A stretch of 55,248 bases of DNA, the filler included, from Ionaspis alba (taxonomy: Eukaryota): the NCBI GenBank assembly GCA_964255285.1. It is 2 parts of 2 records of this genome, joined end to end, with 100 filler letters (N's around TTAATTAATTAA, not from the genome) between each part and the next. Parts side by side here need not be neighbours in the genome. Positions count along the whole stretch, not along the records: positions 1 to 27,618 come from CAXUUL010000136.1; 1 more part is not named here. One strand, written 5' to 3'. Positions 1-11,351 of this stretch are shown one piece after another. The notes beneath the pieces were generated by a model. That model was given only the letters and a program-made list of their open reading frames with translations. It did no database searches and was not told where the DNA came from. Positions within the stretch are counted from its first letter, which is position 1; each line of letters begins with the position of its first letter. The position numbers and the translations under genes are program-made.

Positions 1-119
1 GATATTCCTCGTTCCTATGTCGACATCAGTCACTATATATCATACGGAAACGTCCCTCGAATCTTCTCTTCTTCCTGAAAGTACTTTCGAAAAGCCAGAG
101 CTTCCTCTGTAATTACGAG

Positions 120-1063
120 ATGTCTGAACACTGGAAATCCACGGTATAGTCCATACTATCACGCACTCAATCTTGACTATCATTGACCTGTATCATTAAT
201 AGCCTAAATACTGGTGCAAGCACTGCAAAACCTACATTCGCGACACAAAACTCGAGAAACAGAACCATGAAGCAACGCCAAAGCACCAGGGAAACCTCAA
301 GCGATTTCTGAGAGATCTGCATCGAGGCAATGAGCGAGACGAAAGAGAAAAACAGAAAGCAAAGGATGAGGTGGCCCGGCTCAATGGCATACATTCAAGT
401 ACCCCTTACGAGAGAGGAACTGGTACCAACTCAAGGCATGGCCCTGCAATATCACCAATCGTTGGTCCAATTCCGCAGCAAGCTTCACTAGCAGAGAGAA
501 AGCAGCAAATGGCAAAGCTTGCGGAACTGGGGATATCAATTCCGGAGGAGTATCGAAGGGAAATAGCGATGGCTGGTGAATGGCAGACTACGGCTCAGAG
601 ACTAATCTACGACGAGATTAAGAAAGAGGGGGAAGAAAAAGACTCAAAGTCGAACGGAATGAATGTGGGATTACATAAAAGGAAATTAGAAGGGCAGGAA
701 GAAGAGGAGCAATCGGGAGGATCAATGATTAATAGAGGCTGGGGTTCGACAATGCGTAGCTACCCAGGAGATGAAATGGACGACCTTGAGAAGCTGCTGG
801 GCTCAACATCCGGGTTGATTAAAACCGATGGACAGGAGATCAGGGCAACGCAGACTAGTTCAGGAACAGACCAGACTGCTGCGCAAGGTACAGAGAGATC
901 CAATCCACAGGCACCTCAATTGAAGAAAGAGGAGTTTTCAGAAGAAGCTGCGTGTACCACCCAAATTGAAGGCATTGATGGGCCCGTCAAACTGGAGGAC
1001 GAAACTGCGCAGGATACGATAATGTTCAAGAAACGCAAGACAAAATTCACGACCCGGAAATGA
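120..1063 (+). CDS. U1-type (matrin/U1-C) zinc finger protein, WBP4/FBP21-like splicing factor; 2 exons
   Basis: ATG 120 gives MSEHWKST; intron 144-202 (GTATAG..TAG); exon 2 reads PKYWCKHCKTYIRDTKLEKQNHEATPKHQGNLKRFLRDLHR (CxxC..H..H U1-type finger), in frame with ORF 371-1063. Confidence 0.85.
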
Positions 1064-2296
1064 AGCTATTGGAAGCTCCCAATGTGCCGCAACTATCGAA
1101 GCATCACAGCTAGAAGGCAAGCGAGCCAGAGATTCCAGCATATACAAAGATCGGATTGTCAACAATGCTCCGACCTTGCTTGTAACATTCTGAGTATGGT
1201 GGACACTTTGGTTTGGCAGCAGATACATTATGATACTGCCGTCGTCATCCCTTAAGAGCGTTACCAGCAGACCACTGCTTGGCTAGCCTCCAGCTACTTG
1301 ACACTAACGGGAGGACACAGCGACCAGTAATCTAGCAACAGACTTTCAGCATGGTTGAGTCACGGTTTGTATGCCTTTATGGAGCTTTTCGCTCTACTAC
1401 ATTGCAGAGAGGAACCAAAACAAGACGCACCAGCTTTGATTGTCGCCTCCTCGATGGTTCAGACATGTAGTCCTGCTAGACATAAGAACCGGAGCTGCTG
1501 AAGGCTTGAGCAAGGTTTTTCTCCACATTCATAGCTGTGAGTCTACCGTGGGAATGTTTTATACATGGCACGTTGTTCACGCGTTTAATTCGATGTAAAG
1601 CTATACGAGTTTGAAACTGATTGCAACTTGTTGCTAGCTAGATCGTTTTCTGCGCTAGTGACAACTACCGGTATGTCGAGGTAGAGGCTATGACAAGAGC
1701 GTTCATTCATATACAGTCTCGCTGCCCCCTCCTGACAGTCTTGCCGAGTTCGATGCTAGCGCTTGCGTTATGTCAATGTTGTCTTGACATCAGGGCCAAT
1801 CATTATCGATAACGCTGGTAAGTGAGACAAGCTCTCTCCGAACAGTTGCATTACTCTCATGTGCCCGTCAAGCTTTTGGCCCACATCGATGGGGATCTCC
1901 GAACATCACCTTCAGGCGCCTTGAGAGTTACCTGCTACACAAAGAGTTTGTTTTGAAACGAGTACCGCTCTACAAGAATCACCTTGTAATAATACTCGAG
2001 TTTGACCTTTAGTCGCCACTTTGTTACCAATTTTGGACAAGTTCGAGCGAATTAGCACTGCTGTTTTGTTTGTATCTTATGAGAACTATACGAACTTCGA
2101 ATCGCGTTGGTCCGAATTCAATGTCCTTAAAGAAAGCTCCTATCAAGCGAAATCATCGTTCCAGTATCGGAAATAGAGATTTCGTTGCGTAAACACTTTC
2201 AGACAATTTATCTCGTTAATTTCTGGGCCAATTTTGAACCTAACTCTATGAGACCAGAGTCTGAGCCGGACATCTATATACATACCGGTATTAAAG

Positions 2297-3838
2297 CTAG
2301 TTGGTAGTTCCTGCAGTTGTTTCCCACAACAGGAACTGGCTTGGAGGAGACTCATCCTTGTCATCTTGAATCTCCGGACTGATGCTTTGTGCTCCAGTCT
2401 CAGTGGTCAACATTTCGTTACTTTTGCCTGGCACTCGTAACATGGTGAGTCCACTCAAGCCATCTATAGCTTCCGTCATGAAAGAATCGCTGGATACTAC
2501 AAACCAAGCCTCTCCGTCCAGCCTCGTTGCACGTCTGAGAACTTGAGATCAGTGAGGGAGTCATATACGGATTGAGCACTTCGAGACCTACAAACAGTGT
2601 ACAACTAAGTCTCTGACGAAGCCTGCCGGCAGGAATCCTCGCCAGCTTAACTCAACTAGCATTTTCGTCGAGGCTTCTTCGCTGCCGGGCAATTGATAAC
2701 GACAAAGATAAGGCTCAGCTGCGTCTCCTGGTCGGATACGAGGGCTCCGTAATCTAACCAGGTCCACCCATTCTAGGAAATCTATGGCGTCTTCCCCGAA
2801 GTCGCTGTTGTTGGTAGGCGACAGTATGTGAGGTACAAGTGCTTTGAAGCAGTCAATTGAAGGTAAGCATTCCGTCACATACGGATGATATTGAGCGATC
2901 GGTGGTCTACTTTTGCTCGCCGGAAGGTCGTAGCTGTTGTCAGAGCCTCGCGCTAGCTGAATGGCTTCCTGAGACATACCACTAGTATGGTCCGCTGTTT
3001 CAAGAACACTTTGAGCAAAATCGTGGAATAACCAAGTTACGGAATCGGTCAGTACGTGCTCGAAAGCCCACCAGATTCGTTCAAAGCCCTTTCGGCAGCG
3101 GTTCATGGACTGGGCCCTTAAATCGATCTCAACAACTGGTAGACCAATTCAGTATCCGGCAATCCTCTTCGTTCATCTTTTCAAAGCTCAGAATTCATAC
3201 TGTATCTCGTCTTGATGTGTTTTCTGCCGCCATCTCTAGTAGCCTTTCCAAGCAAGCCAGTACGTTCGTACGTTTCCTTTGGGAGCTCAAGTCTAAGGAT
3301 GCCTGAGTATCAGTCAGTATCTGACCCGCTTTGAAGCACGAGATCTTGTTTCCTACCTCCGTGTAGCAGGTACTGCCTGTCAACACCAGGACGACCCTCT
3401 GACAGCATGGCAATATTTCCTAGAAAGCATCACTACAACACAGGCTTAAGAACCCTCAAGGAATTGCGGTTTGAGCACCAGAGGATGCCCATACCCGATC
3501 TTATATAGACACTCAGAAAGTCTGTCTCGAGTAGAGCAAGAAGAGGCATGACAACCCGCGAGTATCGGATAGTAGGGAGATGTTCCTCAACATTCCGCCA
3601 GACATTAAGATAGAGCTCTTCGGGCATGAGAAGACCAATCTTAGAAACCTTATTAGCTGTCTACTGAGGTGTAGAGGCTAAGAGAAGTTGGTACCCTATG
3701 TGAGAACATCTGGCTCAAGGCTGCCGAGAATGGCTTCTTCGTAGACGGAAGTTGGGCAAGGTTGATTGCAGTTGGAAGTTGCCCGTATGTCACATAGCAT
3801 TTTTCAACGGGCGACGGGTCATTTTTGACCTTGAACAT
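2297..3838 (-). CDS. RPP40: Ribonuclease P/MRP 40 kDa subunit (Rpp40 family), multi-exon
   Basis: Series of minus-strand exon ORFs (3653-3838, 3433-3627, 2588-3106, 2297-2479) with fungal Rpp40-like segments: EKCYVTYGQLP, GFERIWWAFEHVL, FLEWVDLVRLRSPRI..EPYLCRY, WRGFLPAGFV. Confidence 0.75.
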
Positions 3839-4106
3839 GTTTGTGAAGCAGGGTTAGGTATTTTCTAATCAGAAACGGTCTCTAATGACGGTTTTCCTTG
3901 AGTATGGATCGCTGACTATGACCATAAATGCGGCCTGTGCCTCGGTTTTTCGAAAATTTCCAAAGCTCAAAGAGCTTTCTGACCGGATACAGCAAATGGT
4001 TCGGAGGTCAGATTTTCAGGTCTAGAATCCAGTCCCACCCCAGATGACGGCAATCATGAACTTGACTCATAAATCCCAGTAGAGTCATTCCAGCGCCAGT
4101 TCAAGA

Positions 4107-6734
4107 ATGCTTGGCTCGAAATTCCTCCCAACAACTACGCGTCCATTACAAATATGTGAGTGGACGCTTGCGTCTTACTTACTGCATTTACTACCTCTAA
4201 CTGCTATTAAAGTAGCTGGAAGAAGACTTTCTTCGAAGTTGCATTTAATGAGCATGACTTCTTCGATCAAACCCCCCTATGCTTCACAAAACCCTGTGGA
4301 AATATCCACGTTAATCAAAAGCTTGGAGGTCAGAACCAAGAATCTCAAAGGCAAACATAAGGAAAGAGGGGATTTTACTTGTAGAAAAGCCACATTTTCT
4401 GTTGCCAACAGCCATGGCATCACCGTCGACTCGTGGCGCTTCCAAGACTGGGATTATAAGCGTGACGATCTTCCTACGTACGCTCGTGGCCTCTTCACGT
4501 ACCGAACGAGTACAGGCACACCTGAAATTGCCGCGAGAGGGTATGACAAATTTTTCAATGTTGGCGAAGTCAACAATACTCAATGGCGCAACGTTGAGAC
4601 CGGCACAAGAGGTCCCTACGAGCTCAGTGTCAAGGAGAATGGTTGCATAATCTTTCTGTCGGGCCTCGAAGGTGATATTCTGCTTGTTTGTAGCAAGCAT
4701 TCGATTGGGGCGAGGTCAGACATCGATGTCAGCCACGCCCAAGCCGGGGAACGCTGGATAGAGAAGCATCTTGCCACGGTTGGAAAGACAAAACAAGAGC
4801 TGGCCAGAGAGCTCCGAGCCAGGAATGTAACGGCCGTAGCCGAGCTTTGCGACGATTCTTTCGAAGAGCATGTTCTAGCTTACGGGGAGAAGTCGGCCGG
4901 TCTCTATCTGCATGGCATGAATCTAAATCTGCCGCAATTTGCCACCTATCCTGGTCCTTTGGTTCATGAATTCGCCGATGCTTGGGGGCTCAGGAAGGCT
5001 GAATTTCTGGTGAAGGACGACATAGAAACAACCAAGGCATTCCTTGATGGTTGTGCGGAGACGGGATCATGGAATGGTAAAGATACAGAAGGCTTTGTCA
5101 TCCGATGTCAGAGGAGTACGGGCGGCAAGACTGGACCTTACGTGGACTGGTTCTTCAAGTACAAGTTCGAGGAGCCGTATTTGATGTACCGACAGTGGAG
5201 GGAGGCGACCAAAGCCGTTATAGCAGGTAAGGTCCCTCGGTACAAGAAACACAAAAACATCACAGAAGAGTATCTCCTTTACGCCAGACGTCAACTTGCA
5301 CTTAATCCCGCCCTGGGCAAAGCTTACAACGCCAACCATGGGATCATCGACATGAGGGATGGTTTCCTCAAGGAACGTGGATTGAAGGGCTCGGACATTA
5401 TCCGTCAAGAATATGCGGGAGACGGAAAAGCACCGAACGATGTAATCAGCCATGTCCTCCTGGTCCCGGTTGCTACGATTGGATGCGGGAAGACTACTGT
5501 CGCGGTAGCATTAACCAAACTCTTCCGTTGGGGACATGTGCAGAACGACAACATTACGGGTCAAAAGGGACGGCCAAAACAATTTGCTATTCAGCTTTGC
5601 AATAGTCTGGCTAAGTATCCTGTCGTCATCGCTGATCGAAACAATCATCAGAAGCGGGAGAGAAAGCAGATTATCGAGGATATCAATCATGTTGTACCGA
5701 ATGTCCGCTTCGTTGCTCTCCACTACGTTCATACTCCGAAAGCGGAGATGGTGCCCAGCATACGGGAAGCCACGCAGCGAAGGGTACTAGAGAGGGGTGA
5801 CAACCATCAGACTATTCAGGCGGGCACGAAGTCACGAGCAGAGATCATCAAGATCATGGATGGCTTTCTTGATCGATTCGAGCCTATAGACGTGTGCTCT
5901 GAGCCTGACAGTGGCTTCGACGAGATCATTGATCTTGATGTTGTGGAGTCGTCTCGCCATAACCTGGAGCTCGTCGTCAACGCACTTCGCTCGGCATTTC
6001 CAAAGCTCATCCCTGAGCCACCGTCTCCGCAAGAGCTCGATGACGCAATCTCTGCAGCGCTGGTTGAGTACAAGCCTGAGATCAAACACGACTTGAGCTT
6101 TCAATCGAATTCGAAGCACAAGAGCGCTAAAGATCCGAAGGAAAATTGGAGGCAAAGGATACAGGAACAAGAGACTAAGGACCTCAGATTGGAGCCTAAA
6201 GCTGCGGAGATCGAATATTTCGCCCTCAAGCTCCCGGCTTCCCAAGTCAACTCTTTTGTGGACTCGACGTTTGCCTCCCTTGACCCATCCCTCGCTAGAT
6301 TCTACCGCCAGCTCCAGCAAACCCGGCGTGTACAGCCCAATTTCCACATTACGCTCATGCATCGTGCCTCCGTACCGCAGAATCCCGAACTCTGGGCTCG
6401 ACTCTTATCTCTTCGCGACTCAGCTACAGAGCTATCTGACGGAACATCCGATCCCTTACTTGGCAAATGCCGAGTGCAGCTCGAGCAGATTGTTTGGGAC
6501 AACAGGGTTATGTGTGTGGTAGCAAGGATATTGGATGAGGGCTGGGAGAGCGCGAATAAGACACCTCATGTTACGATTGGAACGGCGAGCACCTCGATCA
6601 AACCTAAGGAAAGTAATGAGTTATTGGACAAATGGGTCACTGAGGGCCCAACTGATGAGAATGGGGTTCAAGAGGTTGCGGTTATGCATCGCGGAGAAAT
6701 CTGGGCCGAGGCAAGGGCAGTGATGCGGAGATGA
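4107..6734 (+). CDS. TRL1: Fungal trifunctional tRNA ligase (ligase, polynucleotide kinase, cyclic phosphodiesterase); intronless; alternative starts at 4248/4254
   Basis: 875-aa ORF with RGYDKFFN, ligase motif I KENG, EGFVIRC, FFKYKFEEPYLMYRQWRE, P-loop GCGKT, IADRNNHQ and two CPDase HxT motifs (HITL, HVTI). Confidence 0.97.
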   Translation: MLGSKFLPTTTRPLQICEWTLASYLLHLLPLTAIKVAGRRLSSKLHLMSMTSSIKPPYASQNPVEISTLIKSLEVRTKNLKGKHKERGDFTCRKATFSVANSHGITVDSWRFQDWDYKRDDLPTYARGLFTYRTSTGTPEIAARGYDKFFNVGEVNNTQWRNVETGTRGPYELSVKENGCIIFLSGLEGDILLVCSKHSIGARSDIDVSHAQAGERWIEKHLATVGKTKQELARELRARNVTAVAELCDDSFEEHVLAYGEKSAGLYLHGMNLNLPQFATYPGPLVHEFADAWGLRKAEFLVKDDIETTKAFLDGCAETGSWNGKDTEGFVIRCQRSTGGKTGPYVDWFFKYKFEEPYLMYRQWREATKAVIAGKVPRYKKHKNITEEYLLYARRQLALNPALGKAYNANHGIIDMRDGFLKERGLKGSDIIRQEYAGDGKAPNDVISHVLLVPVATIGCGKTTVAVALTKLFRWGHVQNDNITGQKGRPKQFAIQLCNSLAKYPVVIADRNNHQKRERKQIIEDINHVVPNVRFVALHYVHTPKAEMVPSIREATQRRVLERGDNHQTIQAGTKSRAEIIKIMDGFLDRFEPIDVCSEPDSGFDEIIDLDVVESSRHNLELVVNALRSAFPKLIPEPPSPQELDDAISAALVEYKPEIKHDLSFQSNSKHKSAKDPKENWRQRIQEQETKDLRLEPKAAEIEYFALKLPASQVNSFVDSTFASLDPSLARFYRQLQQTRRVQPNFHITLMHRASVPQNPELWARLLSLRDSATELSDGTSDPLLGKCRVQLEQIVWDNRVMCVVARILDEGWESANKTPHVTIGTASTSIKPKESNELLDKWVTEGPTDENGVQEVAVMHRGEIWAEARAVMRR

Positions 6735-7442
6735 AGGAGTGCAGTTAGATTCGTGCTTGGCCATGATCAAGGCATTGGGAAGCATGCTCTGCTTACTTAC
6801 CTGCGCAGTTGCTTGATGTACTACCACTATAAATGGGCCTCTGTGGGGTGGTTTTAGAAAAGCACTGTGTTGGGAGGTGGATCGAGGGCGGAATGAAAGT
6901 CATTATCAATTGGAGACGGCAAGGTTTGATCACCTCCCATGAGTGGCTACCTGTATATGAGGGAGGTACTTCAAAGGTCGCGGCGGGAGCAAACGAGTTT
7001 GCAATCCTAAAACCACCAGATATGGGACTTAAATCCACCACGATATAGCTATCTATCTGCATCGAGAATTTCCATTGAAAGAGGCAGAACCGTCAATATA
7101 CTCTACAAATATCTATTTTTAACGTATTATAACGATTGTAAAAAGGTAATGATTCTGTGTATCGTCTGGCTTAGACCCAACCATGACGCTGGTATTTGAG
7201 TTCACGCAGAACTTGCAGGAATCATGTGTCAAAGTCCAGATAATGGTGTATTACAAATTTATGCAGTATCTACTCCGAATACGCATCAGAAGGGTCATAA
7301 ATACTGGCTACTTCAACGCTGTAGGCAACGAGAGTTGGCGATGATATCTATTCGAGATTTCCAAAGCTGTCGAAAGGCACTACCGAGCTATTCAGCCCTA
7401 TAGGCCAAAACTCCCAGTGCACACCCAGCAAAGGCATTGATA

Positions 7443-8281
7443 ATGGGTCACGATGAGCAAAGCGAAGAGCGCGAGGTGCTCGACTCTATCTTTCCAGATG
7501 AGATCACGGGTTTCTATAATTTCTCAAGTCCATAGTGTAATCTCACTGACTTAGAGGCTAGACATTTCCGACACATCATACCGCTTATCGATTACGCTAG
7601 AGGTTTCTCAACAAGATGACGATGCCGCTCCCCGTAGGTAATCTCCAGCATCTATATCACATTCCGGAATTGTCCCATAGCCAATTTGATTCGCAGCTTC
7701 CCGCAGTCAACTCTGACACTTTTATAGCATCATTGCTCCTCACAGTCACCTATCCCCCAACTTATCCCGATGTCCCTCCGCTACTGGACCTTTCGGCTCC
7801 CCCAAACACGTCCAAATATGCCCATCTGGACGTTCAATCTGACAAGGAGAGGCTTCTTTCTGCGTTAGAACCTACTATCGACGAGAATATCGGCATGGCC
7901 ATGATTTTCACCCTTGTCAGCACACTGAAAGATCTGGCCGAAACTCTGGTTGCCGAGAGGCAAGCAGCACTGCAAGGCTTGAAAGAAATTGAAGCTGCTA
8001 AAGCAGAAGAAGAGGAAAACAGAAAATTCCACGGGACTGCGGTGACACGGGAGAGCTTTCTGCAGTGGAGAGACAAGTTCCGTCAGGAGATGCAACAGGC
8101 AGAGCAAAGGGAGAAGGAGGAGAAAGAGGCCGAGGATAAAAGAAAGAGAAACAAGGTCGAGGAAAGGTTGTCGGGGAGGCAGCTCTGGGAGCGGGGTATG
8201 GTTGCCAAAATCGATGAAGATGAAGACGATGATGGTCAAGACGCATTGAAGGACATCGAAAAGTTGGAGATGACGCATTGA
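7443..8281 (+). CDS. GIR2: RWD-domain protein (Gir2/RWDD1), 3 exons
   Basis: MGHDEQSEEREVLDSIFPDEIT at 7443; RWD motif YPPTYPDVPP; ENIGMAMIFTLV; FHGTAVTRESFLQW; LSGRQLWE. Confidence 0.9.
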
Positions 8282-8964
8282 ATGGCTCAATAGACTACAT
8301 ATCATGGCAGCATCGGGTCTTCGTGCCCTCTGTGTACTCCCCCATCATACACAGACTTGTGTGTAGTCCACATCGCCTTACACGGGCATGGCATGGGCAG
8401 TCTATAGAGCCCGTTCCCAATTGGAATGAGAGCTTTGAGGCGGGGGAACCCGAACTGTCCAGTTTACTTGATTGTGTGATTTTAACCGCATACTTCAAGG
8501 GTCAAGGGTATAGACAACAAGTATGGATGTTGTAGCCTATTTCCCATTGGAACAAACTTCCTAAACCACTCTAGACGTTAGTGGCTGGTTTTTTTGCAGC
8601 ACATCAACGTGGATTGAGACAAGATTCGATCTGAATGAGCCAACATGGACAGTGTAAACCATCGAAAGGAGTTAATGAGAAAGACAATTCTAGCCACGAT
8701 ATGGCAGTGCAGGTAGTTGAGGCAACTATTGAAAGTGAGACGGATCATGAAAATCTTCCTTGAGTAGTTAGCATCTAGACTTCGGCCGAACGAAGTTTGT
8801 GTATAGGTGCCCAAGCACGTCGATTTGATCTTATAGAGGCCGGTAAGATGGGGCAGGATAGCTCTCCTGATATTATTCGGAATTAAAAAACCAGGGAATG
8901 ATGACACAACCAGCGCTAGAAGAGTCTGCGATAAATGCATCATTCCAAACTTTGCATACCAAGC

Positions 8965-9933
8965 TCACTCAGGCGTTTTGTGCTTCATAGCATCTTTCCC
9001 CTCCTCAGCAAGGACCTTCTCCATCTCCACAATCCCATACATCCTCCTGGCAACCTCAGTGTTCTTCTCCTGACTTCCCGTGAGCCTTGCCGAAACCTCC
9101 AAGCGAGAGTCTGCAACCGTCGCGGCCCAGGTTCCTTCTTCGAGCCCATATTGCTGGCCGTTTATCGGTATGCCGCACACTTCGAACAAAATCCGATCCC
9201 ATTCATCCTCGCTCTGCGCGATGATCAATTGGCTTTCGAGTGAGTACAGCAGATCGAAGCGCCTTTCCCGCTGTGAGATTTTATTTCTAATTACACGGCT
9301 AAGGAACGGAGACTGCGGTTTCTTGAAGCGTAGATGGGCAATTCCGTTGGCATTCACGAGCTTGGGTATGTGCCGCCTACCACTGATGGAGATATGAGGT
9401 CGTGATAGGGCTTCAGGAGTGGCTGGTCGAGGCCATACGATAGGCCCTTTGAGCTGGTATTGCGATCTTCCCGTCGTGGGATTGAGTGTCAGAGCGTTTG
9501 CTTGGGGAGGTCTGGTAGGAGGCTCTGAGATCCAATACTTGAGGATTCGATCTGAGAAGTGCGAAAGTGCTGCCGGAGAGCGGGAAGTAAGATCCTTAAC
9601 AGTTTTGAGAGCCTGTATCTTCAGTTGAGTAACCATGAAGCGCGACACCCACAGGCAGCGAGTCTCTTACCTCATAGCCAAGCTCTAGGGATAGGACAAC
9701 ATCGCGTGGACTGCAAAGCTTGATGTTGTCCCGGAATCGAGACCTAACAAGCTGCTCCACAAAAGTCTGTGCCTCCGGCACGATCGGTGTTCGAGCGCTT
9801 TGCTTCAATAGAGCCCGGTAAAGACTAAGGCCTGGAACAGTCAGTATAACGACTGATGTAGACTCCCGCTAAGATCCAACTGACATGCGAAACGATGAAT
9901 TCCTGACTTCCCCGGGATGAAATGTCGTGGCAT
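8965..9933 (-). CDS. LYR-motif protein, probably mitochondrial; 3 exons
   Basis: Spliced start MPRHFIPGKSGIHRFACLSLYRALLKQ (LYR) ..VRSRFRDN; C-terminal exon with GRRHIPKLVNANGIAHLRFKKPQSPFLSRVIR. Confidence 0.7.
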
Positions 9934-10392
9934 TCAAAAATTCTACATGATTCGTTTCCATTCTGATGAGCTCTTCATCTTGAATCAAGACGTCTAGGAG
10001 GTATCAGGGGGTTAGAACCCGTGGGCTAGTAGGGCTGGTAGGAGCCAGCCGGGAAAGCAACCTTAAACTATTTAGGAGGCACCACTCTATGCTAGGATCC
10101 CAATAATTAACAATGTTAATGTACTCTACAACTCGATGAGGTCTGCATAGGATGGCATACGACGCATGATTGGAGTCACCAAAAAGGTTTGCAATACGAT
10201 TCAATGATTCTGATTACCAACACAACTGAAATCAGTGTTTCACAGCATTGTGCACCTCGTATGGAGAGTAAAGCACCAATCCTACGCCTGCCAATGCCGG
10301 TTCGTGGACTATTCTTGATGCTCATGACTTCGTTAATGGTCGACCGGATTCGACACAATGTCGTGGTCAAGCAGGACAACGTGGATGAGTCC

Positions 10393-11040
10393 TCATGTAA
10401 ACGTGGTACCTTCAGGTGGCTGAGGGAGCTTCTTGTGCTGTGGGAGTGCCATGAATCTAGAGACGATCATTTAGTAGATGTCGTACTTGCCCGGAACTTT
10501 TGGACATACCTTCTGAGCTCTATTAGAATGGTTTCCATGGTGAACTCTCTCTTCCACTGCATTAGACACGGGAGCTTGGAGGCATCAACCTGAGGATATG
10601 TTTAGCCTGAGCACTGCCCTGGCGTTCCCTTGTCCACTTACCTTGCCTGAGCGTGGATCGACACATGGGAGATTGATTTTGGATACAAATTGAACGGTAG
10701 GAGGCATATCCGGGTAGCTCCCTCCACAGTGAATATTAAGGCTGTAGATTCGATTCTCATGTGCGCTCTATGTGGCAGGAGTATCGATCAGCAAGATAGT
10801 CTGGTGCGGTTGATCTCAGGATCAACTTTTCATACATGCGGTGGTCCGAGTATAGTCCCATTCCAGTTCGACATCATCAAGTCATCGCCGTCCGTCAGAC
10901 CGTACGAGCAAGCCTCTCAAATGTCAAATCGTCAGCAAGGTGGCCCAAGTCGGAATATCAGCCATACCAGCGCCCAGTCCTTTTTCACCTTTCTCTAGTT
11001 CTTCCAATAGTCGGAAATTTCGTGGAACTTTAGCTGCCAT
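10393..11040 (-). CDS. MMS2: Ubiquitin-conjugating enzyme variant Mms2/UEV, 5 exons
   Basis: MAAKVPRNFRLLEELEKGEKGLGA start; internal CSYGL..DDLMMSNWNGTILGPPH; last exon FMALPQHKKLPQPPEGTTFT, stop at 10393. Confidence 0.95.
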
Positions 11041-11351
11041 TATTCCAAGAGATGCTCGCCGGGAAAAGTGCCACTTTGTGAAGGAGGCAGAGCTATTAAA
11101 TTCCGTGGTAATTGCGCAAGGCGCAAGGTGCTGCGGCTTCGTGTTTACTCTTTCCGCGGGGTAGATTACCAAAATTACGTGAATATTACAGCAGGAAGAG
11201 CTAGCCCTGCCGCGCCGGACGTGTCCTTCTCATACCAACAACGTATTGCTCGAATAAACAACACTCGAGAGAATGAACGCATTCAGTCTGCGTTTACTTG
11301 ACTGTCTCAATCATGAGTTGATTGTCTGCATAGCGCTAAGTTGTCTTCAAG

